Shown here one piece after another: positions 1-15,456 of a DNA stretch of 64,000 nucleotides (the first letter of the stretch is position 1; every line of letters begins with the position of its first letter). Position numbers and translations under genes: made by a program. The stretch is from positions 124,001-188,000 of the forward strand of contig BCIN01000007.1 of the NCBI GenBank assembly GCA_039545335.1, written 5' to 3'. Origin of the DNA: Kondoa subrosea (taxonomy: Eukaryota). Under the pieces are notes generated by a model. It did no database searches. It was not told the DNA's origin and saw nothing but the letters and a program-made list of their open reading frames with translations.

Positions 1-1755
1 TGCAATACTTCTGGTTCAGGGAAGCATGTGGTTATCGATTACTCTTCACCAAATATTGCTAAACCTTTTCATGCTGGTCATTTAAGGTCAACAATCATTG
101 GTGCTACTTTAGCTAATTTGTACGAAGCGAATGGATGGAAAGTTACAAGATTCAATTATTTAGGTGATTGGGGAAAACAATTTGGGATCTTGGCTGTTGG
201 ATTTGATAAATATGGAAGTGAAGAAGAATTGGAAAAAGATGCTATTACTCATTTATACCATGTTTACGTCAAAATCAATACCGATGCATCGAAAGAAGAA
301 GCGGATTGGTTAGTTAAGAACAGAGCGGAAAGGAGGGAAAAGGGTGAAGAGAATGTTCCTGCTGATGGAGTTGATGCAACTCAAGAAGAAAGGAGGGAAG
401 CGAATGCCAATTCTCCAACGCAAAATGCTGCCAGAAAGATCTTTGGTCGCATGGAAGCAGGTGCGATCATTGATCTGCTCGGCAGTTTACATTGCTGAGT
501 ATAGTCCATATCGATGTGTACAGGCGATAAAGAAGCTCTAGCGATATGGACTCGATTTCGTGATCTGTCCATCGCCAAGTACAAAGAAGTTTACGCTCGT
601 CTCAACATTTCCTTCGACATCTATTCCGGAGAATCTCAAGTTACAATGCAAGGTCAATTGGATGCGATTGCACAACTCAAAGAAGCTGGTCTAGCTTCGA
701 TAGATAAAGGAGCTACCATTATTGATTTGGAGAAATACAAGCTTGGTAAAACTGTGCTTCAGAAAAAGGATGGAACAACCATCTATATTTCTCGAGATAT
801 TGCTGGAGCGAAAGAGAAGTTTGAGCAATATGCGTTTGATAAAATGCTTTATGTCGTAGCTGTGAGTCACCAATGCTGCTTTTGCGAGGGATGTCCTCTA
901 AACAGATGGAGTGTCGGCTCACAGTCACCTCAAGAACTTCATTTCGCTCAGCTATTCAAAGTCCTAAATCTCATGGGCTACGAATGGGCAGATCGATGTC
1001 AATACATTTCGTTCGGAATGATCACTGGCATGTCTACTCGAAAAGGAACTTCAGTCTTCTTGGAACAGATCTTGGACGAAGCTAAAGATACGATGCATGA
1101 ACAAATGCAGAAGACGGCAGATAAATATAGTCAGATCGAAGATCCTATGTACACGAGTGATGTATTGGGGATGTCTGCAGTGAAGATCCAGGTGCGGAGT
1201 CATGAAGTAATTAGCAAAGTCGCTTGCTTAAATTCTCTTGACTTGTACAGGATATGAGCGCCAAACGAGTCAACAACTACAACTTTGATTGGGCTCGGAT
1301 GACAAATTTCTTGGGTGATACTGGACCGTAAGTCAATTCATTCTACCCTTTAATCAACGCCGACCGTTTGATACAGATACCTTCAATACGCTCATGTTCG
1401 AGTATCGTCAATCGTCAGGAAAGCTGGACCTGATGTAGTCCTACCACCTCCGGATCAAATCATTTCCAAGATCAACACTTCTCTACTCACTGAACAAAAA
1501 GCTCGAGATGTATTACTCATCATTGCTGCGTACCCAGATGTAGTCAAGACTGCCCTGAAAGTTCAAGAACCTTCAACGATTGTGAATTGGTGTTGGAGAC
1601 TCACGCACGCTGTGAGTAGTGCGTATGAAGTGTTGATTGTTAAAGGTCAAGAGGAGGAAGTCGCTTTGGCTAGGTTGTTGCTTTACGTGTGCGCAAAGGA
1701 TGCGTTGGCGGGTGCTATGAGGTTGCTAACGCTAGTGCCTTTGGAGAGGATGTAA
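1..1755 (+). CDS. RARS: Arginyl-tRNA synthetase, copy 1 (5'-truncated by the window edge; multi-exon)
   Basis: DYSSPNIAKPFHAGHLRST (HIGH-like), NYLGDWGKQFG, GMSTRKG (KMSKS-like), GDTGPYLQYAH, C-terminal LERM*. GT-AG introns at 461-523, 862-924, 1192-1250, 1328-1376. Confidence 0.97.
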
Positions 1756-1855
1756 TTGCATTACTAGATCAGAATCATTTCCAATTGCGTGCACACTTCA
1801 TAGAATTGTAGAATCTGCATGCTTGTCTCCATACCTCGATACCCTTCAACCAAAC

Positions 1856-2499
1856 ATGGAAGCTCGTCGTTCAACTTATTCACCTTCTTATCAAGTCTCA
1901 TTGAATTCCTGCTTGTCCTCATTACAATCATGCAATACTTCAGCGAGTTCTCATTTCTTGTATTTTGTTCGAACCTTGTCTTATCATTTACGCGTGCCTG
2001 TGTATAGCTGGGCAAATCCATCTCTATCCTATCTACAGCTACTTCAGATTTCCCTCGTCTAAGTCGTGTACTCAATAACGAACGCGTTTGTTTCCTTTTC
2101 TCATTACCTATGGTTTTGGCTGATTTCACTGATGACAGTGCTATGAATTAGTTACTGCTTCTGAGATAAGAGCAGCTCAATATTCTATAGCGAGCGAAAT
2201 TGAACCACAAATTAAAGAATTGATTGCTTTAGCTGAGAATGGGTTGGAGAGTTTAAGATCCAAGGAGAAAATATTAGCTGCAAAGGTCAGTTCTGTTCTT
2301 ATTGTTTTCATTATGTATGATTCGATAAGATTGATTCTGACAGGAGTCACAACGAACTGCTTTGAAAGCTAAAGAAAGTAATTTAGCGGAATTGGAAGCT
2401 AGGTTGAAAGTTGTTAGAGCAGAAAAGGAGAGGTTGAGTTTAAAGAATGAAGAGTTGGAACATGAGTTGAAGAAGAAGACTAGACAGGCGTATCGTTGA
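1856..2499 (+). CDS. SPC19: DASH/Dam1 kinetochore complex subunit Spc19, copy 1
   Basis: Spliced product MEARRSTYSPSYQVSLNSCLSSLQSCNTS-LGKSISILSTATSDFPRLSRVLNNER-CYELVTASEIRAAQYSIASEIEPQIKELI...; DFPRL motif and C-terminal coiled coil. Introns 1943-2007 (GC-AG), 2086-2138, 2286-2343. Confidence 0.88.
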
Positions 2500-2574
2500 A
2501 GCCCCAAATAGGTGAGTCTTTAAAACGCGAGATTTTGTGTTATACATTTGACTGATATGAAGTAAGTACAAGGA

Positions 2575-3353
2575 CTATGAATGATCTGGTCCAGCAGATT
2601 TCTTCTGTTCCATTCTTTGTCGCATAAGTTTCCCTCCAACCTTTGGAAAAAAAGCAAATGTCAGTCGTTACGAAAGCGAATATCTTACAAGATTGGCTCA
2701 CGTTCCGCAGATTCTGTTCAGCTCGCTTCACACCTAGCTTCACCGCCTTATCATAAGAATGCAAAGCTTCTTCGTAAATTTCTGCTGCTTCAGCCATCAC
2801 ACCATGGCTGCCCAAGGTCAGTTAAATTCAAGCTCGAAGGAGATCTCTGAGGGAAGACCTACTTGAAAGCGATTTCTCCATCTTCATTGGACAAACTACT
2901 GGCTTTCCTAATATGGTCCAATGCTTGTCTCTTATCTTCTTGCGATGCATTTGGTTTCAACATCAAAGCCGAAGACAAGTTACAACATAAATCCGCAAGT
3001 TCAAGTTTCTCTTCCCTGTTCAATTGCAACTTGGATGCTTTCTGTAACGCTTCGTTCCAAGTTTGGATAGCTTGATCAGTTGAACCAGTTTCTTGGTAGA
3101 GTACACCTAAATTGTAAAGAGGTGTTATAGTTTTGGGATTGATTTTAGAAGCAGTCGTATAATGTTGAATAGCTAAATCTTGATTGGATTCTCCCAAAGC
3201 TTTGAATGCGCTGGCCATTGTGTTCTCATATTCGATGTTTGCTCCAGGATTTGTAGCAAAGATGCCTTCTGCTGGAATAGCATATTGTCTTTTTAACAGT
3301 AATGGTTGCACTCGCGGTAGGAGATTTCGTGTGAAAGACCTGATAGCTGCCAT
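2575..3353 (-). CDS. TPR-repeat protein with mitochondrial-type presequence, copy 1
   Basis: Arg-rich, acid-free N-terminus MAAIRSFTRNLLPRVQPLLLKRQYA; TPR-like YNLGVLY...A...W..AL; two introns; ends ...RNVGGKLMRQRMEQKKSAGPDHS*. Confidence 0.8.
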
Positions 3354-3415
3354 GACAAGCTCGTGGATTCAGAACAAAATACTAAATTACAAGTTTGCTC
3401 TCAAACATCGATGCT

Positions 3416-5311
3416 ATGAAGTTGCCATTGACTTGTTTGGCTTCTGATCTGCAGAATGAATACCTAGTAATAGCTTTCAACACCCATATTCAATTAATCT
3501 CTCAATCGTCCGGTCCTTCTCTCTCTGCTTTTATTGGAATCCTGTCTAATCTCATTTCTTTGGTCTGTGCAGGTCAAAGGAGATACTGGCTTCTACTATC
3601 GATGCATCATTAGATCAGCAACATAAATCACCTGTTCGCTTTATTGCTTGTTCGGATAGACATGTTGTTACTACTTCAGAAGACAAATCACTCAAAGTTT
3701 GGTCCATTCCTAAGTTGGATCTGCTTTCCACTAGGTAAGGCCTATCACTTCTACAAGCAGTATCATCCGCTTAAGATTGATAGGGGTTTACAGAACATTA
3801 AATCGGAAAGCTAATGCACTCAAATTGGAAGCCAATAACGAGAATATAGTGATTGCAGATAAATTTGGTGATATCTATCGTTACCCTGTTGAATATACCG
3901 AACCTTCTTTACCTCTTCCAACTGAAGAAGAAGAAGAAAAGACGAGGAAGAAAGATGGTGGTCAAACGAAAAAGAAAGAAATGGAACCTTTGTTAGGACA
4001 TGTTTCGGTAGTTACTGATGTGTGTTTGATTGATGGAGGGAAGAAAATCGTTACTTGCGATAGGGATGAACATGTTAGAGTTTCAAGATGGCCTCAAGGT
4101 TATGATATTGTTGCTTTCTTGTTTGGTCATACTAGGTCAGTCCTTCAGCTCTCCTTCATTTCTTGGAATGTAGCAGAGCCTCAGGATTTTGACAGATTCG
4201 TTTCTGCTTTACTCCTTCATGAAGATTGTCTTCTTACTGCTGGAGGGGATCTTGATATTTTCGTCTTCGATTTAACCAAAATGGCCCAAAAGAAATTGAT
4301 CGATGTAGCAGAAATGAAGGCTTATGTTTTGGTCAAACACGAGAAAAAGACTGCAACAAAAGTATTGGGTAGAAAGAAAGGAAAGAAAGCTTCTAGAATC
4401 GCAAAGGAAAAAGAGAAAGAACAAGAAGAAGTGGAAGGAGAGCAAGAAGAACAGATGGAGATTGTCATCACTCCTCAAGATGAAGTAGCTCAAGAACCAG
4501 ACCTGATGCAAGAGAAAGAGGCTGCACCGAAACAAGACGCAAACGAGGAAGAAGAAGTACCTAAAGCTGAAGATCCTTCATCTGAAAAGGACACAAGAGC
4601 GATTCTGATTCGAAAGATGCTCAACGTCAAGGATGATCTGATAGCCTTCTTCTCTACCGGGTGAGTCCAGACATACCTGCCGTATTGGTAAACAAGAGCT
4701 CATTGTTTCGCAGATCTACTGCTATTGGATTCTTCAATCTTGAGAAAGAGGATCCCGAAGTTCGATACCTCGACCTGATTCATCCCGTCCTTGACATGTG
4801 CCTACTTGCCAACGGTCGTATACTTGTTTCTTTGGATGTCTCGAGATCAAATCTTGGTACAACTCCAACAACGCCAGATCAGAATTGTCTTGTATTGGAG
4901 ACTGTGAACGGCGTAGTGAGTCGAATAAACACTGTATATCCTTTTACTAAAGATGCATCGGTAGCTCGCTCGGGTCGACGATGTTTTGGCGACCGTCGTT
5001 CAAGAGAAAGTATCTATGGAAGGTAAATTGCTCTGCTTGTGTGATTTGGCACAGCTCAGATACCTTTAACAGCTTCCGAATCTACACCATACCCAACTCT
5101 CGACTCGCTTTATTCAGATCTCTACCTCTTACAGAAAGATCCTTCGAATACCTTACCTGAAGAAGATGAACCAATAGCTTCAAGAACTGGTCCTAGACAA
5201 TCGAAACCTGGTGGAACTACTGCTAAAGAGAAGAAGGAAGCTAAGAAAGCCAGGAAAAGACAGAAATTAGATCATCAGACTGAAGAAGCGAAAGATGAAG
5301 TTAAAGCATGA
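3416..5311 (+). CDS. TRM82: tRNA m7G46 methyltransferase WD40 subunit Trm82/WDR4, copy 1
   Basis: IADKFGDIY, LLGHVSVVTD, IVTCDRDEHVRVSRWP, FLFGH motifs; six introns; start MKLPLTCLAS. Confidence 0.92.
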
Positions 5312-5625
5312 AATGTCAGATCTCATATCTGAAACGACTGTCATCCCTACTATCGTCATATCGTGAACTGTTCATTGGCTATCTTGCCGGAGTGCGGCAC
5401 TTTGGGAAGGAAGAGACCTTGACCCTTCGTTAATTGGGTAATGAGGACAGTCCCAACTCTACTCGGGTGGTAGCGACCTGCGCATGGTATATTTACGCTT
5501 CTCTCCGACTCCGTGCAAGGCGCTCCTAGCGTAACAAGCTGCCGGGCGGGTTGCAAAATCCCATTTTTTTTCTCTTTCTCCTCTCTTCTTTAGCTTCAAT
5601 CCTCTATTCTCTCCATTTAGCAGCC

Positions 5626-5883
5626 ATGAATCCTGCTGCTCAGGTTTCAGCCCCTGCTTCTGATCTAGAAGGCTTCTTACACCTGAATGTGCTCCAGAGC
5701 ACGATCAAGCAGCTTATCTTCTTAGCTGTCATGAATCTTACAGCGATTGCCGTATATCTTTTTGCACTGGATTATGAGCTTTATACCAAAAGAATTAAGA
5801 ACTGGGTCTTTAGATTCGCGACGGATCAAAAAGGGGAATACCTCATGTTCGTGCACTCTCATTTGGAATTTTCAAGATGCTGA
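5626..5883 (+). pseudogene. Short or truncated membrane-protein gene fragment, copy 1
   Basis: ATG in GCAGCCATG context, one hydrophobic helix, then KNWVFRF...Y. Open in both copies but ends after ~85 aa. Confidence 0.35.
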
Positions 5884-6200
5884 TACTCTGCATAGGTCCA
5901 ATGCATTATGATTTGCCATTGAAATCGGCTGATTTAACTCATCTCTAGAAGACGGAAATCTCGAAAATGACCCTCGCACGAGCTTAGACGACTATGAGCC
6001 GGATCCACTTCATGTCAGCTTGGAATCTCAACCAACAGCTGTGTGACAATTTGTCAATCTGTATCGGAAACAACAACAGAGCGAAAGAAAAGACACGAGG
6101 GGCATATGGAAGGCTGCTGTAGAATAAGGGTTTCATTGCGGTAACGAAAATATAGAACTGATGTACATTATGCAATCACTGTCGTTACAAAGAGACAACT

Positions 6201-9182
<2,982 letters not shown>

Positions 9183-9429
9183 CGTTCCTTTTTTGAAGAA
9201 GTCGGTTTATGGAAGAGAGATCAAGTGCCTTGGGCTGGAACAAGCAGCAAAGTGTTATTCCCGTCGCAGGTAAGCGCAAAACAGTCCGGGGCGGCTGAAA
9301 TGTACGCGCGGGCTTAAGGGGGAAAAACTGGAGTAAGTGGTCCTTAATTCCGTTGGAGAGAAGACTCAATATAGTTGACATTGTTGACAAAGAGGATACA
9401 TTATGGGCAGAAACACAACATATTTAACT

Positions 9430-11410
9430 TTACAACGATTTGTAGACTGCAGCCTCGCAATCCAACCATGGACCGAGTACCTTTGGATCGTTGAAGGGTA
9501 GCGATTGGGATAGAATCATGTTAGCAACACCCTTTTTATAGTCCGCGACCCAGTAGAGGCTGTCCAGACCTATCAGACGGAGTAGTACATTGCAGAACTA
9601 GACACTCACTTTGCGAGACCAGCCCACTTAGAAACAGATGAGCGGATCAGAGTGAGTGCAGGGAGCAGCAAACTTACCCATACAGATCCCGCACTTCGTC
9701 CGGTTGGTAAAGGATCATCAACAATAAGGAAAGACAATCCCTGAAAGCACATCAGCGATGATGACATCGCAAAGAAGAGTACTGACCCAGCCTTTCTTGA
9801 GTCCAGGCATCATGTGTACCGGTAGAGTAAGGTCACTGTGCATGAATGAGTCGGATCATAGCAGGGTTTCAATGGAAACTGACGCTCGAGGGTTCGGAAT
9901 CGCTTTAGAATACAGCAATGAGACTAGTCACACGATATCAGGAAGCGCACATACGTCTCTCTAGTGGATTATCCGCAGGTAGATCGCCCAATTGATCAGT
10001 CAACATCATCTTTAGGGTTTCGGATTTGATGATTCGTTTGCCATTTGCGCCAACACCATCGTTAACTAATGGACATTGAGCCAGTTGATAACACGATACT
10101 TAGAAGCCTTACTGAGCACATTGACCACCTTGAGGTAGCTAGAACCGAAATTTGGATAGAGCCAGATTACTAAGTAAATGGACTCACTCTCCAACAGTGG
10201 AAGTACAGCCCGCACCTAAAATCGAACACCGTCAGCTTACGCTCAGCTCGCACAGCAACGACACAACTAGGGCTCACCTCCACTATCGAATTCTGCTTTA
10301 CTAGTATGCATACCCATGTGATCTAGAATCCGTTTAGCTGTGAGTCAATTGCTTGCTATCTAGAGAACCTACCTCTGCTAGTCAACTTATCGTCAGTGGA
10401 GCGAGCGTGCATGCCAACAAATCGATCAGCTTGAGCTGGATTGACCTATACGTTAGATCAGTGAGGGCCAAACAGTACAAATTGGGAACATCCTCACTCC
10501 AAATTGGATTTCTCCACAACCCAGAGGCTCAAAGATGTTCTTCTTGCAGTATTCTCCCAAGGTCATGCCAGAAACTGTTACCAATATCAGCGGCTGCTCA
10601 TTTGGTGCATGTAGAAGTTACCTTTCTCGAGTACTTGACCAGCCCCTGCAAGGATAATGAGCTAAAGGAGGATGAATGTGAGGCATAGCACGTACAGTCA
10701 ATTCCAGTAGAGTAGTACCAATCCGTTCCAGGTTCTCTTAAGAGAGGCAAACCAAACGTTCCTTCTTTCGAACCATCGAATTCATCATGTCCAGACTTCT
10801 TATAGTGTTCATTGAGGGGTTCATCAAAGAAAGTATAGCCAAACCCAGCGGTATGTGTGAGTAAATGACGCAGGGTGATCTTGGTCTTTGGTTTTTCGCC
10901 AGAAGGAAGCTTCAATTCTCCAAGAGCAGGTAGGTACTTCTCAGCTGGTTCGTCCAAGCTGATCTTGCCTTGCTCTACAAGTTGCATGCAGGCCATTGCA
11001 GCGATCATCTGTCGGCGCGGGGTTAGGCATGTCCATGATTATCAGCTAACACAATACCTTGGTACAAGACCAGATTGGGAAGACTGGGTAGCATATTAGA
11101 GACTCTTTGAACCACTAGACACTAGCTCACCCGAATCAACAGTCATCTAGTCTGAAAGTTCAGCAACGCATAAACAAATCAATGAAGGAGGAAAGCTTAC
11201 GGCCTTTTCCGGATTCTTCAAATCTCTTACACCAGCAGCAGCACTAGCCAAAGTCTTGCCAGTCTTATCAATAGCGGCGAAAACGATTCCAGCAGGTCCA
11301 TCCTTCGCGTTGACCGTGTCATCCAAGATTTTCTGTACGCTTTCTTGAGCTCCACCAGAATCAATCTTGAAATCTTTCAATGTAGATGAGAGTGTAGATG
11401 GTTCCGCCAT
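9430..11410 (-). CDS. Beta-lactamase/transpeptidase-fold serine hydrolase (EstB/LovD-like esterase), copy 1
   Basis: SxxK motif (IWSCTK), LRHLLTHTAGFGY, PLLREPGTDWYYS, C-terminal LPFNDP. Confidence 0.92.
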
Positions 11411-12040
11411 GGTTGTGCAAGAGAAAGCAGAGTGTGAAATTGAGAAAGAGGGGCTCCTCCATGATAAGTTTAGCCGACGTGACACGGCGCAGTCCAGATT
11501 TTCATAAGAATCATAACACAAAGTTTCATTTTTCTTTGCGTGGAGCTAGCGACGTAGAGATGACGTTGCTGAGCAGAGCAGAGAGAAGTCCATCGACGAT
11601 TTAGCTCATCGCAGATTCCGTGAAAGCATGACAAAGGACAGGAAGCGAAGCAGGGGGATAAGTGAAATGTGTGAAGATTCAAGACTGAGTCTAGACCTCT
11701 GTGACCAGCCTTTGAGAATCAATAGCGCTCCGATTTGAGAATCTATGTCGTTTGAACGAAATTTGGCATGCAGTGTATTCTGCTGGTATTGAAGGCAATG
11801 CAGAGTCTATCGATCGATATACGAGAGGCTTCTTTGGGACTGTTTCTCTGGCATTTTGAATCAACCTGGCCGTTCCAAGTCAAATGCGATAATATTTTGT
11901 TCCAACCTCGTCCGCTTGCAATCAAGTGAGACGCCTCTTGCGCTCTACGCTGGCATCGTACTGCTGAATGGGTCTTCTGTAGCACTAATTCCAGTTCTTC
12001 CTACTACTCTTGGATTGGCCTCTTGTAAATTTGTTCAAAA

Positions 12041-13831
12041 ATGTCGACTCTAGTGAAACATAGGCCAGCCAGTTCTGTAAGCTCGCACACAGTGCACACT
12101 GAAGAAAGTAATGAACCAACAAGATCGTCGCTGTATAAAGAGCGCAAGAAACTCCTCGCACCCATCTCAGTGAATCCATTTACGAAAATTGGCAAACACT
12201 CGATTGAAGTCAGCTGGTTAGATCTCTTTTTGGATCTTGCTCTCGTTGCTACTCTTTCTGTCTTTACTGAAACTCATGAAATTTCCACGGGTATTCAAGC
12301 TGCTACCTATGTCTCTTTCTTCACCATCATGTGGACAGTCTGGATGTTGCAACTGCTTTACGACGCACGTTTTCAAACAATGGATGGCTTAAATACTTTA
12401 GCTAAACTCAGTCAAGTTGGTATCTTCTGCTACTTGGCTGCATACTCCGGGGAATTACAGATCAACAGTTTAGAAGGTCCGACTCAGATCAATAATCTTG
12501 TGGAAGCAACAGCAGCAGCAAGTGCTCGGGCTTGGGATGGTCTGATGTTAACTGCAGCAATAAGTCGGTGGTTGTTAGCTTGGCAATATCTGGTTGTGGC
12601 TTTCTACGGAAGACATCAACAAGGCACAGCAAGACTTCTTCTCTTCTTACAACCTCTAGTCTGTATCGCAGTTGGTTTCGGCTTCCTCGCGTCCAATTTA
12701 CTGAATGCTGCAATTGATGTTCAAGTACCGCTTGCCTACGGAAGCCTGCTTTTCGAAGTCTTCTTCTCTATGGCCGTCGGTCTACATTCCAAGAGCTTTT
12801 ACAAGCGCAAGAATATGATACCAGAACGGTTAGCCTTGGTGTCTTTGGTCATCAGTAAGCCCAAATAACCAGCAATGGCTAGATTGGTCTGATGCTTTGA
12901 ATAGTTGGCGAAGGATTGATTGGGATAACGAAGTCGATGCTTAAAATTGTTGGATCTCTTGGCTTTCAAAAGTCAGATCAGATTCAGCTTCTTTGCGCAA
13001 TCGTGATGTTGGTTCGTGATGTTGGTTCAGACCTTGCTAATTTGTGCACTATACATGCTGAATTTGTCTTTCATAGCGTCTACACTATCTGGTGGCTACT
13101 CTTTTGGTCTTTTGAGGCAAGTCACGAGCGTTGAGAAATTGCAAAAGCTGACTAGCAAAAAAACACCACAGAAAGAACGTCAAATATCGAGAACACGTCT
13201 TCAGCCCTTTTGGTTTTTACACTTTCCGCTTCATCTATCCATCATACTTGTACTTCAAGCGACAAAGCGAGCAATCATACATATTTCTTTCTTACATTCG
13301 CTCAATCGGCTTCTGAACTTGTTTGGAGTACTTGATGGCTATGATACTGATGGTATGTCAAGACCGCGTGACAAGCCGCGTCGACTAATGGAGCTATAGC
13401 AAGCATACCTCCTGCATTACTCAATAGAGCAAATCGCAATCTATATTTGATGTACGTTGATAGCCGTAGGTTTTAGCCTGCTAGCTAATTTATCATCTAC
13501 AGAGGGATAGATGGCTTGGATTCTTTGACAACCAACTTATCCAGTACTACCTCTGCAGATCAAATCGATGCGGTGGTCTTCACTCGAGTAGTAGAGCGAC
13601 TTTTGGTCGTAAGCATATTATGTCTGGAATTTACCTTGGTATTGACTTTGGTCTTGTGATAATTTAGACCTATGGTGAAGAGCTGGACGTATCGCTTACG
13701 CAACAATTCGATGCATTGAAAACCAACGCAAATGCTACTCTATCCAATCTGTACGTATTCCTTCTGCCTTTTTAAAACGAAGAATCTGAATTCTAGACCC
13801 AAAGGACGCGACTCAGTGGTGAAGCAATGTA
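12041..13831 (+). pseudogene. LtrA-like multi-pass membrane protein, copy 1, 3'-truncated at the duplication breakpoint
   Basis: VSWLDLFLDLALVA and ERLALVSLVI(I)VGEG motifs. Lacks the last exons present in copy 2 (46772-47412). Confidence 0.75.
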
Positions 13832-14013
13832 CGGACAAGACTCATCCTTACTACATTCAAGATGAATACGAAGCGAAAATGTTGGAACCTCGTATCAACA
13901 GACCTTCAAATTGGACTCCTTCTAGCACCTTTATGCAGGATATCGAGAAGATCAGGAGAGGCGAGTTTCCGGACCATTTACAACACAAAGTGGCTTGGTT
14001 GAGGGACCTTTGA
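13832..14013 (+). pseudogene. Orphan 3' end of an unrelated gene joined to the truncated LtrA-like gene
   Basis: Coding-like frame TDKTHPYYIQDEYEAKMLEPRINRPSNW...HKVAWLRDL* starts at the breakpoint; no 5' part is visible. Confidence 0.45.
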
Positions 14014-14389
14014 GTCGTCGCAAGAATTAGTTCTGAAGCGCAACATAGGCAAGGCTATTCCTTTGTAAAACGTAGTTGTGATTCATCAATGCAAGGTTTC
14101 TTCGGTATCATGATTCATGCTTTCGTTTCCAGCTTCATGCGATAGCTTCGTAATGAGAAATGCTCCCCGTCGAGCTTCATACATAGGGTGACCAAGCTTC
14201 TCTCAGAAGTTCTCTGTTGACGTCCATAGACCTCTCTGCTTCTGTCCGAATTCGACCTGCCACAGCGCTTCTTACTGCATACAGTGCGTGCTCTTGGCTC
14301 TTGGTTTGTCGGCTAGAGTCATTGCATTCGTATCCTGCTATCGAACAATATCGAATCGCTACCGACTATTCTAGATCAGCAAGACCATC

Positions 14390-15127
14390 ATGACTACACA
14401 GCTGCCTCCGTATCCTCAGCCTCTAGGCCTATTTCCGCAATTTCTGGCTAAGCAAACCGAGAGTCTTGTGCTGAAAGAGAAGGTGAGCTCTGACACGGAT
14501 TTACATTTGTCTCCGCTCAATATTCAAGCGCAGGTTCTCAGCCTGAGTGGTGATCAGTTTGATATCAAGCTCCTCTCCGGTCAACCTATCTTTCAGGTCG
14601 AAGGCAAAGTCGTTTCGTATGTTCTTCGATTGTTTGAACTATCGATGCTGAGCTTGACATTGCAGGCTATCGGGCCGCAAAGCTTTCTCCGATATGAACG
14701 GCAATACGCTCTTCACCTCAGAAAGGAGCCAATAGGCATTAGAACTACTTTTTATGGCCAAGATGTAGACAAGAAGAGATTGTTTGAAGTCAAGAGCAAA
14801 TTCAGTCGTACATTCTTCCTCTGCAGTCAGTCGTTTTAGCTCATAGCTTGCATAGTTGGCTCCAGCAAGGCTATTTGCACTTTCATTTCGACAGCATCGG
14901 GTCAAGAAGAAAGTCTTCTGATGAAAGGCGATTTCTTCGATTCTACTGCCAGCATTACTTGCGAACGTACTGGTCAAGTAGTCGCTACCATTGATCGCAA
15001 ATTTCTCAAAGCGAGCGAGATTTTCACCAGCAAGCAAACTTATGCGGTGTCAATTGCTCCCAACATAGATATGGCTTTAGTTGCTGCCATGTGTATTTGT
15101 CTTGATGAGAAGAGGAACGAAAACTAG
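14390..15127 (+). pseudogene. LURP-one/Tubby C-2 (DUF567) family protein with an apparent 1-bp frameshift
   Basis: LVLKEKVLSLSGDQFDIK, MKGDFFD, TYAVSIAPNIDMALVAAMCICLDEKRNE. The spliced frame SLSGRKAFSDMNGNTLF must shift near 14715 to continue LRKEPIG. Confidence 0.8.
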
Positions 15128-15340
15128 CTAACCAGGATGGTGCGATGTTGTATCTGTACCGTTTGTACAAATCGAAATTGTTGACCTTGAACTCTCATTC
15201 ATCTTGCGAATATAGTGGACGCCTCGCCTATCCATGCCGAGGTCGAATATATGCTTTCGCATGAAGTTGTACTGGCCCACGCGGACTCTACGGATTTTTA
15301 CATCGGATTAGAGATTTTCTTCGCTTCTTTCATCGAAATC

Positions 15341-15350
15341 TCTATATAAA
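15341..15350 (+). promoter_or_regulatory. TATA box followed by a CT-rich tract
   Basis: TATATAAA ~110 bp upstream of ATG 15457, then a pyrimidine-rich leader. Confidence 0.5.
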
Positions 15351-15456
15351 CACCGTCGCGCTTTCTTTCTCTCTTTCTCATTCCCATCTTTCTCTACCTG
15401 TCATTTCTGTCACAGCGGCAAGGATCTCATCAAGCTCAATCACTTCTTTTACGGCC

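Noticed and set aside
1..5311. ArgRS and TRM82 adjacency as a tRNA-metabolism cluster
   Set aside because: They are separated by unrelated SPC19 and TPR genes; ordinary housekeeping packing explains it.
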